Made by a program: the position numbers and the translations under genes | Shown here: one piece after another, positions 12,476 to 25,311 of the stretch | How the letters are laid out: each line of letters begins with the position of its first letter | Numbering within the stretch: the stretch's first letter is position 1 | Notes under the pieces: generated by a model | Told to the model about the DNA's origin: nothing | Databases searched by the model: none | The model's input: the letters and a program-made list of their open reading frames with translations, nothing else | Assembly: GCF_036588685.1 (NCBI RefSeq) | Contig: NC_086374.1 | Coordinates: forward strand, 2,046,001 to 2,110,000 | DNA: 64,000 nt | Origin: Mytilus trossulus | Lineage: Eukaryota | Direction: 5' to 3'

Positions 12476-13711
12476 TCAAGATTCAAGATTCAAAGTTTTA
12501 TTTAGAGTCGATATTCAATAAACTACATAACACAAGCTCTAGTGAGCTTTTCAAATCGACTTAAAAGCAAAATACAATACACACACACAATACAATACAC
12601 ACATACAAAAAAGTCATGAAAACAACACAATTCTAACATATAATGCATAGTAAGATACCATAATGACATATATAAGTTAAAAGCATGTAGTACACTTAAA
12701 ATATAGCACAAGTTAATAATAAGATTGCACAAATTAGATAGTTACACAAAAAATAAAAATAAAACAGGTTTAAACACTAAATGCATGCACTGCACTGGCA
12801 TGAGCTGTTACTTGGATCCCATGTCTGTACCATTTTTTTGAATTGGTCAAAAGATGTTTCCACTCGACAATGGTTTGGTAGCTCATTCCAGATTTGTGCA
12901 GCATTATAGCGAAACGATCTTAAGCCATACTTAGTAGTTCGAACTCTTGGGAGTACTGCTGTTTCCTGTGATCTTAAATCATACTTATTAATTTTTATAT
13001 CAATTAAATCATGAAGGTAGCTCGGACTTTTTTGGTGAATTATTTTAAATGTTTCTATTGCAATTGTTTTTATTCTTCTTATTTTTAAAGATGGTAATTG
13101 AGATTTTTCTAGTAATTTTTCGTAAGGAATATCATAATCTTCATAAATGAATCTTAGAGCTCTTTCTTGAATTTTTTCCATTTTAAAAGATTTTTTTTCA
13201 CTACAGTAGTGCCAAATTACTGGACAATAGTTAAAGTTCGAAAGTATGAATGAGTAGTATGCTGTTAACCTACCTAGCCTGTTTAAATATTTACCCATAC
13301 GTTTTAGAATATTAAATTGTCTTGATGCCTTTTTACATATTTCAGAAATATGATTGTTAAAATTTAAGTCCGAATCTATAGTTATTCCAAAGAGTTTAAC
13401 ATTTTCCTCACAAGAAATTTTGTTTCCATTTAAATTAAATATTAAATTATGTTTATTTGTTTTTTTCCCAATGGCTATAGCCTGGAATTTGTCAGGATTA
13501 GCCTTCATTAAATTTGAAGAAAACCAGTTTATTAGATTTAAACTATCAGTTTCTAACCTTTCAACAACTTTATCTAAATTATGATCACTGTATGATACAG
13601 TGTTGTCATCAGCATAATTATAAATGGTACTTTTTTGAACAAAATGAAATATGTCATTTATGAAGACATTGAAAAGAACTGGACCAAGAATTGACCCTTG
13701 TGGTACGCCTT
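12476..13711 (-). mobile_element. 5'-truncated CR1/L2-group LINE (RT C-terminal half, 3' UTR, (ttgaatc)n tail)
   Basis: GVPQGSILGPVLF...YADD...MKANPDKFQ open to the stop at 12777, ending CQCSAC; AATAAA followed by a short tandem tail. Confidence 0.92.
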
Positions 13712-13756
13712 AAAACTTAGAATGAAGGACATTTTTTTTTTACATTAATCAGTAAA

Positions 13757-14170
13757 TAATAAATAATAAATAAGCTTTATTTACAGTCGGCATGGTATAT
13801 AAAACATAGACAAACATAAGCTCTAATGAGCTTTTAACCGACATATGAGACATTATATAACAGTACAACATTTATAACAACACAATACATAATATAGTAC
13901 ACATGCAATAAATATCACAGCACAAAAATGAAGCACTAAAAGCAGAATATAAGCATAAGCTAGGTGTTAAGGCTAAAAGCATATAAGTGTAAACTAGGCA
14001 TAAAAGCTGGTAAAAATGCATAGCATAAAAATTGAAGAAAAAAAATGGGATATGATCTAGATGGTAAATAGATTTGCATAATATATTAACTAAAAGTCTG
14101 CACAAACTGTGCACTTACAGTCATTTCCATTCCATGACTTTAGAATATTTTTGAACTGACTAAAATTAGC
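13757..14170 (-). mobile_element. 3' end fragment of a related LINE subfamily
   Basis: Encodes SQFKNILKSWNGNDCKCTVC; same 3' stem-loop; AATAAA and (ttat)n tail. Confidence 0.8.
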
Positions 14171-14287
14171 GTCAGTACACGTACACGTGCTATGTTATTA
14201 ATAATTCTTATAAATAGATATCATTGATTTAAACGGGAAACACTTATACCCTGTTATAATCTTTAATAAATCTTGTTTACATTAAAT

Positions 14288-14326
14288 CAAGGATTTGTAT
14301 AGTAGATCTAACTATACAAATCCTTG
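14288..14326. repeat. 39-bp near-perfect palindrome with CA...TG ends (minimal MITE or solo-TIR remnant)
   Basis: caaggatttgtatagt-agatcta-actatacaaatccttg. Confidence 0.8.
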
Positions 14327-15129
14327 CTTAAACGTGATAAAAAAATCCATAGCAAGTGAACTTATATGATACCTCAAAAAAATTAAGTTTAAGTCAGCAT
14401 TTACTGTTGTCAATGGACATTTAAAAATAACATTCATTTTTTTTTTCGTTTTCCTCTATGTTTCTATTGTGGTTATTGTCCCTCTGTACCTTTGACTATG
14501 GGTTGATGCTTTGAAAAAAAATCATAAAAAATCCATTTTTCGTCGCAGTTATTTTTTCCATAGCAGATAAGATTGAAAAATGATGAAACAATCTAATTAT
14601 CAAGAAAAAATTATTTTAAATCAATATTTTCTGTTGTCAACTGCATTTTGAAATATAAACTCCAAACCTCCGTTCGACAGATGTTGTATGTGCAGTATAC
14701 AAATGAATGGATCGACATAATAGAAAGGCTTACTTTATAATAGATTCTGCTTTGTCCACTTTCAATATTTAGAAATCAAAAGTGGTACTTGTTATTGAAA
14801 ATTCTATGGAATTTAAAGAGATTTGATACAGAAAAATGTATCAAAATGACGTATCTTGTTTATGATATTTTTCGCTAAAAAAATAACAATAGAATAACAC
14901 AGATACAGTCAAAACCGAGTTATGTCAATTTACCAAAATTATGAAGACTTAATTTAAATACACATACTGTACGAGATATCATGTGTCAAAATAAAATTAA
15001 ATCGAGTTGAGCAATTCAAAACTATCAAAGTTTTTAAAAAATTTCATAAACAACTTGGGTTATCTCGGTTGGAAATGTCCAATATTCTCAGTGAACATGA
15101 GCTCTTGACTAAATTTAAACCAGTGCATT

Positions 15130-15268
15130 CATAGCCGGATCCAGGGGGTCTGGGCCCCCCTTTCGTGAGAAAAATGTTGTCGGTTATATAGGGAATCACT
15201 AAAGCATGCCTGTAGCCCCCTTAGGTCAATCAACGGCCCCCCTTATGAAAAGTTCTGGATCCGCCTCT
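15130..15268. mobile_element. Short GC-rich MITE
   Basis: Imperfect TIRs cggatccag / ctggatccg, flanked by similar cagtg(g)catt sequences. Confidence 0.55.
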
Positions 15269-15519
15269 CAGTGGCATTGCAGCGGTACTGGATCTTTTGA
15301 TTGCCTGGATCACAATATCTAGATAAATTATCAGCATATGCTGTACCCCCCCCCCCCCCCCCAAATTCAGTTGCACTTTTAAAGTTCTATTTCTCTAATC
15401 GCAAACAACAAATAAAAGTCAACAATGTTCTGGGTGGTTGAAGCTTACATCCATAAACTGGTGTACCACAGTGTTCTATACTAGAGTCATTGTTGTTTAA
15501 CGTATTTATTATTGTTAAA

Positions 15520-16271
15520 AAATGGTAGTTTAAATATAACCGTATGCAGATGACAATACTTTGTCTTTCTGTAATCCAGATTTTGATTAACTTTGGAATC
15601 TGAGTCAAAAATATTTATTGGGTTGTTCCGGGTGAATAAAATGCAAGCACATCCCGACAAGTTTCAAGTTTTGGCTATTGGCTAAAAAGATCTATGAAAA
15701 ACTAAAAATATTCTTTCAGGTATGTAAATATTTTGGATGTTCCACAGCTGCAGTCAACCCGTACAAAATCTTTCATATTTTCGGTCGCAACTTTAGGGAA
15801 CAGCCTTCCAAACCATTTCAGGACCGAAAATAGTTTTTTTTACATTTTAAAAGTCTTTTTCAGTCCTGGAACGGAATGGAATGTCTCTGTTCTGCTTGCA
15901 GATTACTCTTGAGCTGTTTATTATTTATGATGCTTTGGTTGCTGTTGACTAGATATAGGAAGATATGGTGTGAGTGCCAATGAGACAATGAGTGTGAGTG
16001 CCAATGAGACAATGAGACTAGCATGTTTTACCTCATTCTAAATTTGTTGTTTAGTTTTTGTTGCATGATATGTATGTGAGTCTCAACTTTTTACTACACG
16101 TTGTTTTATATGTCAAATTAGTCTGTTTTTAATTGGTATGTATATGTTAATATATATATGTTCCTGGTCGTGACATGTTTTTATATTCGGTCAAAAGCTC
16201 CTTCAAGTTGAGCTTGTGTTGTATATTTAACTTATGCCGAATCAAAATAAATGGTTCTTATCTTATCTTGT
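15520..16271 (+). mobile_element. Decayed, internally deleted LINE of the same group as 12476-13711
   Basis: YADDNTL, MQAHPDKFQVLAIG and FKSLFQSWNGMECLCSAC remnants; same 3' stem-loop; (tctta)n tail. Confidence 0.8.
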
Positions 16272-17029
16272 CAACCACTGAACCCCTTTTCTCGCCTTAG
16301 ATTCTTTCCCGAAATAGTGAACCCATTTCAGTTAAACACAGGATAAAAAAGATAAAAAGATCTTGAATATCAACTTCTGCACAAGTCTCACGACTATTTA
16401 TGATGGTTTGTGAATTTATCATTAAAAAAATCACAGATTGTTAATTGCGCAAGGATAAGTCTAAAGTTATGATACTGAAAAATGAACACAAAAAAATGTA
16501 CGTCAAAACTTTGCTTCAGCCATTTAAGTTTCATAAAATTTGATAAGGTTTGTCAAAGTAATTGATGTGTAACAAACTTGAACCCAAACTGTAAGTACTT
16601 GTTAACTGCAAAAAGACAGGCGTTTTATCTGTAAAATATGGGGAAATCAGTAAACATGCAATATCATCAGTATACTCTGAATAATCTTTTAATCATAAAC
16701 AGTTTCTGTCCAACTTAAATAAAATTTAACCACATACTGAACTTATAAGTTATATTAACCCCACCGACGAAAATTATCCTGACATGTATAATGATAAAAA
16801 AAAGACTTTGAAATATTAAAAACAAATACATGAAATACTTCAATATTCATGTATCGTATCTAAATTCAATTTCTGTCTTTTATCCTGACATGTATAATGA
16901 TCAATACTACAGTGCAGACTAATTAAAAGATTTGGTGTACATTTTAATAAACCAATAGACATTATATTAAAGGCTAGACAAGACAAGACAATGTGTTATT
17001 TAAGTCTCACCTCTTCATCATTGGAAACT

Positions 17030-17900
17030 TTTCGTCTTTTTCTTAGAGTGAGCAAAACTTATGATACAAGACTTACGTATAAGGTTCATATGTGGAGTAA
17101 GGATTGTTCTAGGTCATGGGATAAAAATTGTATAAAGAAAGCACAAATTTTAGGTATTGAAAATGTGATTAATGATATTTTTTCCATTAAACATAAACTG
17201 CAAGAGATCAAATCTAAACTATGTGAAAAAGATATAAATGAGTGGGTTGAAAAATTGTTTAATGACAGAAATCAATGTAATGGTAATGCATTACGTATTT
17301 ATAGAGAGTATAAACATGTTTTAGAATTACGTTCTTATGTAAAATTAGTTCGTAACAGGCAGCATAGACGTGTTTTGTCAAATTTTAGAAGTGGCTGTTT
17401 ACCACTGGTAGTTGAAACGGGTAGATACACCAAGCCAAAAATTGCTTTAAATGAGCGCACTTGTATATATTGTACAGATAATTGTGTAGAGGATGAAAAA
17501 CATTTTTTATTAGGGTGCGATTTTTATGCAGATTTAAGATATGATTTAATGAAAAAATCTAGTGATATTAGTGATTCTTTAAACGATCTTGATTACAGGA
17601 AAAAAAACAATTTTTTAATGTCAAATGATGCTATTCAACCATTTTTAGCTAAAACTTTATATCAAATGTTTTATCGAAGAAGGTATTGTGTATAGTAATA
17701 TGTTAGTACATTAGTTTTAATAGTTATATAATATGTGTTATATTTTTAAAGTGTCTCATAAGTCAGTGATTTGGCTGGGTACCAATATTTTAATTGTAAT
17801 ATTTAATAATTTTTAATTGCATATTATGTAATTATGTATTCATTGTGTTTTATATTGGTATGTGACACTATAATAAATTATTCTGATTCTGATTCTGATT
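17030..17900 (+). mobile_element. 5'-truncated LINE: ORF2 C-terminus with CCHC zinc knuckle, 3' UTR and (ttctga)n tail
   Basis: FRSGCLPLVVETGRY...RTCIYC...VEDEKHFLLGC; AATAAA followed by ttctga x3. Confidence 0.88.
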
Positions 17901-20083
17901 ATATAAAACATACAAACAGTGATAAAACAACATCATAAAACATACAATAGTCGCTCTAAAAAGAGTTATGAGAGACTATCTAAAATATATATACAGTATT
18001 TACACTAAAATTAGCTATATAAAATACATTTTCTTATCAATAAAATGTCATTGCAGGTTTTGGCAGTATAAAAGTACATATTTTCATCTGTGAATAAAGA
18101 TATAAATTTATAGTCCTCAGACAATTGATTAAAATTAACATACTATCCTGCTAGATATAAGTAAACAGTTTTCAACAAAAGACAGGAACCGAACTCTAAA
18201 CCACTCCAAGTCACTTGTCTTTAAAAGGGATTTAATCAAACTAAACAAATCGATAGGAAAATTTCATTTATATAGATATTTCAAAAGATTAGCTGCTCCA
18301 TTCAATGTGAAGATTCTTTTTGATTTTTTCGATGAAACATATCTTTATATAGTCCGGCCTTTTCGACCTTGCTGGGCCATGAAAAGACCCTTTCACCCGA
18401 TAAAACATATATTTGTGTCACAGTCCGACCTTTTAGCACTTGCTGGGGTCATGGAACACGTCAAAGTAATCTCAGATTTTGATAAGACCGAGTACCCGAT
18501 AAGTTAATCCACTACGTGACCACAGGTACAAAAGAACAACAGAAACAAATATATATTATATAAATATATAATTTCAGCCTTGTATCACCATCAACCACTA
18601 CAGATCCGATGGTTAAAATCTGTTGTAGAGTCATCAATGGTTCAGGCTATGTTCAGACGTACTTATATATATACATCGTATTATATCAAAGTTTATTATA
18701 TCGCTCATAAAAATAAACTTAATCATCTATCTATACATGTACAGGTAGGTTGAAGATATAGACCAATATTTAAGTGAATATTGGACGGAATATTTACATT
18801 AAGATACCATTATATTTACAATTATTATACAATATATATAAAGGAACTGAACACAGCATGCCACACATTCTTTGTAGGTGTTTATATCTATTTTGTATAT
18901 CACAGTGACCTTTGGACAGCTACGATAACATATGCACCCTTGGGGTAGATATACATGGACTTGGATGACGAGCCACAAATCTAATACTTTGGTAAGGAAT
19001 TATTTAATGCAATGTATAAAACTATGTAAACTCTGTTTCAATGATAGTTTTTATCCTTTCTCTATCCCGCCTAGAAACTGTATGTATACTCTATTTCAAT
19101 GATAGTTTTATCCCTTTCTTTATCACACCTAGATTAAACTGTATATTTCACTTGTCCGGATAAAAGTTTTCAAGCTATAAGGTTACCCCGGATATAGAAG
19201 GTCAAAAGAAAAATGTTGGGTATCTCCCAGTCCAAAAGTTGAACTAAACACATAAATTGGAATGTGCATTTTAAAAAGGCGACATACTATACACTTTCGA
19301 AATTTCTCACAAAGAACTTTCATTGGTAAGAGAAAAACACGAAAAAGACACCCTCGTATTTATAAAGAGACCTATGTCAGGGAACATATATTCATTCTAG
19401 TGAGCGTCCTCCAGGTATGCTTGGAGGATGCTCCGAGTCTTTTAGAGAAGCTAATATCGTAAATACGCCATAACACTCCCATAAATGTCAACCAAATAGA
19501 AGAGTTTATAGTTATTGTACCTTAATTGGCATTTTACTGACTAAAGAACCGTTCATTAAATACCAAAATGAAAGGCTTGGAGGAAACAAGGAGGGCCGTC
19601 TTTTTTTTTTTTTTTTTTTTATTTCAGACGGCATAGTCGACGATAAGAGACCCCGATTTAAAAATGTGAAACATATTCTAACGAGACAACTAATGGCTTT
19701 ATTTATAAAATAACCAATTTGCGACAAAAACAAATATATGGAAGATATGTGTACTGTATGTTCATGTCCCAAGTTAGAATCCTGTAACTCAACTGTTGTA
19801 GTTTGTTGCTGTGTATCAGATTTGTTTTTCGTTTAATGTTGTTTGCTTGTTATGTAGTTTGAGTTTTCCCATTGTTAAAGGTAGCACGGTGACCTATAGC
19901 TGTTACCATTTGCGTCATTTTGGTAATATTGTAATATTGGCAATCATCATAAGACAGCATTTATATTCCTTTACTTACATTTTACAACAACAAAAACTCC
20001 ACAATTCTACGATAAAGACAATGAAGTACGATGCATAAACATTAACATATGTTCTGTTTTACAGAAGTCAAAAGAGAATCATC

Positions 20084-21973
20084 ATGGCTCAACAATTGGT
20101 AAGAGACGAAACGACCTGTACTGAAGTATTAGCTTATGGTATACCATTTAACTATGACGATCGGTCAGGTAAGAACAATGTGTACATAATTAGGGTATAC
20201 CATTTATCTGTTACCATCAGTCAGGTAAGAACAATGTGTACAGAATTATGGTATACCAGAAGATCGGTCAGGTAAGACCAGTATAAACAGAATTATTGTA
20301 TACCATTTAACTGTGGGAGTCGATATTAAGAACTGAACGATGGAAAGTTAGTGTGTGAATTTTTCTTGCTACCTGAGTGGAAGATATTACGAGACGTGAA
20401 TAATCAAAGTTTATTGATTGGTTAGGACAATGCAAACCTAGTAAATATCCTTCAATCCCGTAGAGTATCGGATTTGTCCAGTCTATTTCAGCAATTAGAT
20501 TTTACAACGTAGGTAACTTTTATCTATAAATAGTCGAATCTTCTGGAGCAAACAACAACGTTAAACGATATGTACTACTTTATAACGTGTGACCTCACGT
20601 GTGTGGTAAAATTTGTTTGATTGATGCACGTGGCTATTCTGGTAAATGAATTAATCTACAAAGCGAGAGCACCTTTCCTTTTTCATCAGCTAAGAGTCGA
20701 CTAGCCCTTTTTGAAAGGCTAATGCTTGTCAATGCATTAGCAATCATTAAATTGAAAGCAAAGGTAAACTTATCTTGTGTTTGTATAAGATCGAATAAGG
20801 TAGATAGGGTTAAAGGTCAGGCAAATAAAGGCAACAGAATTTAACCAGTGTTCAAAAGTCATAAATCGATTGAGAGAAAACGAATCCGGGGTACATCAAC
20901 TATAAGCGGAATACAAAGGAACAATAGGAACACTGAAATACAACAAAAACAAACGCCTACATACATAGAAACGAACTAATTGCTATAACAACCGCAATAT
21001 TACCGACTTGGTACGGACATTTTAAGAAAAAGGCTAACACTCTTTATGAAATAACCAATTGAGAAGTCTTTTTTATCTTATTTATAAAGAGGTAAAAAGA
21101 ATAATTCCTGATATCAAATCTTCATTGGGATCTTGAACATTCATTGCTTTATATGTAGAAGATTGATAAAGAATTGCAAAATAAAAAATTGTCTTAATTG
21201 TAGGTAATTGGACTCCATGGAATTTATCCAATTTTTTAGACGGTGCTGAGTTGCAGGGTGCTGAGACATTGGTATTTATGGATTGCAAAAGATGGAATAA
21301 TGAAAACAAGCTATGTGTGAGATTAAGACAAGTTATGGTTATAAATCCTGAAGTTTTCAAATATAATCATATGACAAGAACAAAGTTGCAGATTACAAAG
21401 ACGTTTGAAAAAGTGGGCACAACGTCACTCATATTTAGAACAAAATTAAAAGACGTCAACACAGGAACAATTTTGGTAGATAGATACATGATGGAAGTGG
21501 GAATTAATACCTCGTCACGCAGACCAGAAAAGCATTCAGATTGGTTTATTCAGAAATATTCTGGCTTAAAAGATACTGAAGTACCATTAATGACCAAATC
21601 TGAGATACCAACACCTCCTCTTAATTGTTTTACACAGACACTTGTTGTCCGGTACAGCGATCTTGACTGTAGTTATCATACAAATCAGTCAGTGTATATC
21701 AAAATTTGCCATGATTGCGCAGCTGCAGCATGTAATTCAAAACAGCTCTTGCCCTTTGAAAGTGATATTGGTCTGTATTCAATCCGGTTTATCGATGTTC
21801 GTTACCTAGGGGAAACATTGGCCGAAGATAAACTATCTATTAATGTATGGCAGGATGATGCTGACAAAGCCACCTTAAACTTTGTCATTTACAAGGATGA
21901 AAGGAAGGTCAACTACACAGTCATGAAACTTGACCTGCAGAAATCAACCAGAAATAGCCAATCAAAACTATAA
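20084..21973 (+). CDS. Double-hotdog acyl-ACP/acyl-CoA thioesterase-like protein, copy 1 (284 aa; exons 20084-20168, 21204-21973), C-terminal SKL
   Basis: A phase-1 GT-AG intron joins the exons in frame; VRYSDLDCSYHTNQSVY and RYLGET match Fat-type thioesterase motifs; same exon structure as copy 2. Confidence 0.85.
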
Positions 21974-22335
21974 AACGGCAACTACATGTGAAGAGGACAA
22001 GGAGCAGAAATCAAACAGAAATAGTCAATCAAAATTATAAAACGACAACTATATGTATAGAGGACAAGGGTTTTGAATTTAGAATTTATTTCAAAAATCT
22101 TGACAGATTGCCTGAGAGAAGTCATGTTTGTGTATATTGAAAACTAGCCTTTTGTGCCAGCTTATTTGGCATTAATGTAAGTCTTCTTACTGACTTTTGT
22201 ACTGTTGATGTTAACTATAACTTTATATTATGTACACTATAGTAATTCCTATTATAATAATATAATGATTTTGAACAAGGATACGTGATTCACAAGATAC
22301 ATAAAAGGATGGTATATAGTGTCAGAAATTACACC

Positions 22336-23039
22336 TTTTTAGCTCACATGGCCCAAAGTGTCAAATGAGCTTTTCTCATCACTTGGCGTCCGTCGTCCGT
22401 CGTCGTTAATTTTTACAAAAAACCTTCTCCTCTGAAACTACTGGGGCCAAATTTAACCAAACTTAACCTTAATCATCATTGGAGTATCTTTTGTTAAAAT
22501 GTGTCCGATGACCCGGTCAACCAACCAAAATGGCCGCCATGGCTAAAAATAAAACATAAAGTTCAAATGTAGATTTTGGCTAATCATGGCTAAAAATAAT
22601 ACATAGAGTTCAAATGTAGATTTTGGCTAATCGTGGCTAGAATAATACATAGAGTTCAAATGTAGATTTTGGCTAATTTCTCTGAAAACAAAGCATTAAG
22701 AGCAACTCTGACATGGAGGTGAAACTATTAATCAGGTCAAGATCTATCTGTCCTGAAATTTTCAGATGAATCGGACAATCTTTTGTTGGATTGCTGCCCC
22801 TGAATTAGTAATCTTAAGGAATTTTTCGTAAATTTTTACATTTTCCCCTCTGTAACTACTGGGCCAAGTTCATTATAGATTGAGCTAATTGTAAGGAGTA
22901 ACAATGTTCAGAAAAGTAAGATCTACAAACACATCACCATTACCAAAACACAATTTTGTCATGAATCTATCTGTTGCCTTTGTTTTATATATGCACATGG
23001 ACCAAGGTGAGCGACAAAGGCTCTTTAGAGCGTCTCGTT
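22336..23039 (+). mobile_element. Helentron-associated non-autonomous element (HINE/DINE-like)
   Basis: T-run plus agctcac...tgagct hairpin, (cgt)n microsatellite, subterminal inverted repeat aggtgagc and 3' stem-loop ggctctttagagc. Confidence 0.75.
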
Positions 23040-23334
23040 ATTTATATTTACTTGTTTGAAAACTTTTAAGATTTTAGTGAATACCATAATTAGTTATCGA
23101 AATATACAATTGAATTATTAATTGATATGACCGGCGAAGAATACAACCAATGAACTCGGCCAGAAACTGCTATTCTTTGTTATGTATTTCGAAGACTGGT
23201 AAACACATTAATTTTGAAGAATGTGTGAAACAGGATTTATACGTTTTTGATCTAACGTTTTTCTGTTCGTCGGTTAGTGTGCAAACTTTCCTTAACATTT
23301 CTAAATTAGGGACAGTAATCCGACAATGGATTGT

Positions 23335-23698
23335 CTGATTCATGTGAAAATTTCAGGGCAGATAGATCTAAATCTGATAAACATGTGTACCGTCTTTCAG
23401 AATTACCCTGTATACTTTAGTTTCAGATATATTAGCCAAAAACTGCATTTTACCCCTATGTTATATTTTTAGCCGTGACGGCCATCTTGGTTGGCGGGCT
23501 GGATCATCGGACACAGTTTTCAAACCAGATACCCCAATGATAATGGTGGCCAAGTTTGGTTAAATTTAGCCGAATAGTTTCAGAGGAGAAGATTTTTGTA
23601 AAAGTTAACAGACGACGACGGACGACGACGACGACGGACGACGGACGCCAAGTGATGAGAAAAGCTGACTTGACTTTTTAGGCTAGTTGAGCGTAAAA
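23335..23698 (-). mobile_element. 5' part of the same Helentron-type family, inverted relative to 22336-23039
   Basis: Reverse complement of the 22336 head, including the (gac)n microsatellite. Confidence 0.7.
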
Positions 23699-23812
23699 GG
23701 AAACATTAAAAATATAAGTATCTACAAATATTTCGATTAACATAAATATCCTCCACCAGTATAAATTTGATTATGTCAATTTATTCTGATTTCACTTTAT
23801 CCATTTAGTCTT

Positions 23813-25311
23813 GAGGGGGGGCAAGGGGGGTCTCAATAACAGCAAAACAGTGAATCGATTTGGCTTAAAACAGATAAAAAAGAATTAAAAAGGGGCAATA
23901 ACAGATAACAGTAAATGAAATCTTAAAATCAGTCCAGTAAATATAGTATATATCTTATATTATATAACTGGTTGAATTGATCCAAATAGGCCTTTACAGA
24001 GACATAATATATATTCACTTATTTAAAGGATATTATGTCAAGAAATTAAATTGAAGCTGTTAAAGACACATCTTTATTTGCAGCAACAGTTTCTGAGCTT
24101 CACTTTTCACTATGTGAACCAGTTCAAAAGGTTTTAAAGAATTGATAGTCAGGGCTCTCTTTCGTTTTAATAATACAAAGAGGAGGAGTAGCACTTCTGA
24201 ATGTAAACGCTAAAAGCAAAATATGTTGTGTAATATCCAAAGGCAATATTTCACTCGAATGCTTAAACAAATGATACATATATACTATTTTTGTATATTA
24301 TAAATAAGTATATAAAAGGAGATGTGGTATGATTGCCAATGAGACAGCTCTCCAAAAGAGACAAAAAGACACAGAAATTATCAACTATTGCTCATCATTC
24401 CCCCTTCCACTATGAGCAAACCAAAAACAATTCAAAATCAGAAATTCAACAGCCTGATTTATCTACAAAATAATGAACGAAAAACTTAACAACCGTGAAA
24501 TAACAACCACTTAATTACAGACTCCTGACTTGGGACAGGCACATTCAGAGTCCATCGGACTTAAACATGTTAGTTATTGCCAAACCATCCCTAACCTTAG
24601 GCAGCAACCATTTGATTTTCTGGTGTTTTTTTGAAAAAAAGTTTTTGTTTCCAGGTTTTGGTGAATAAAATAATTTGTTTTTGACCCTGAGAAAAAAAAA
24701 GTTGTTTATTCCACCCTCAGCTGCCACTATGTGTAATGCTAAAATTGAAAGAAAAAAAAATTGTTTTCGGTTTGTCGCTAAAAAAAAATAGATTGTTCTT
24801 CGCCGAAGTGAAAAAAAAATTTGCACAGAAAAAAAAAACTATACCCCCCCAGAAAATCAAATGGTTGCTGCCTTAGACAGTGGTGTAACAGTACAATGGT
24901 CCTGGACCCGACTGTTTTTGAATATGCATGTTTATGTGATGTATGTTACTGAAATCGAACTGCAAATATGTGACCTCCATATCGTCAGTGGAAAGACCCC
25001 AATAGCGATAATATGAAAGACGTGGAATGAGTGCCAATGAGACAACTCTCCTTCAAAATCACAATGTTCAATTTTCTTCAATTTTTACTTAAGTCTGGCT
25101 GCCAAAATGGAAACATTCCAATTTTCAATAACAGTTAACAGCAAATACAATCTCACAATTATAACAGATAACAATAAAAATAAAAGTCCCATAACAGCTA
25201 ACATGGAACAGGACAATAACAGCTAACAGTAAATATATTTTCAGAATAACAGATAACAAAGAATTAAATTACCCCATAACAGCATAACAGTTAAACCCCT
25301 TGCCCCCCCTC
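23813..25311. mobile_element. Non-autonomous DNA transposon with 16-bp TIRs and 6-bp TSD, carrying nested inserts
   Basis: gagggggggcaagggg / ccccttgccccccctc flanked by agtctt at 23807-23812 and 25312-25317; TAACAG arrays at both ends. Confidence 0.8.
24600..24872. mobile_element. PIF/Harbinger-type MITE
   Basis: 24-bp TIR ggcagcaaccatttgattttctgg and TTA TSD on both sides. Confidence 0.85.

Noticed and set aside
16991-17695. 234-aa ORF as a host gene
   Set aside because: It is the C-terminus of a LINE ORF2 with its own 3' tail; the ATG comes from flanking sequence.
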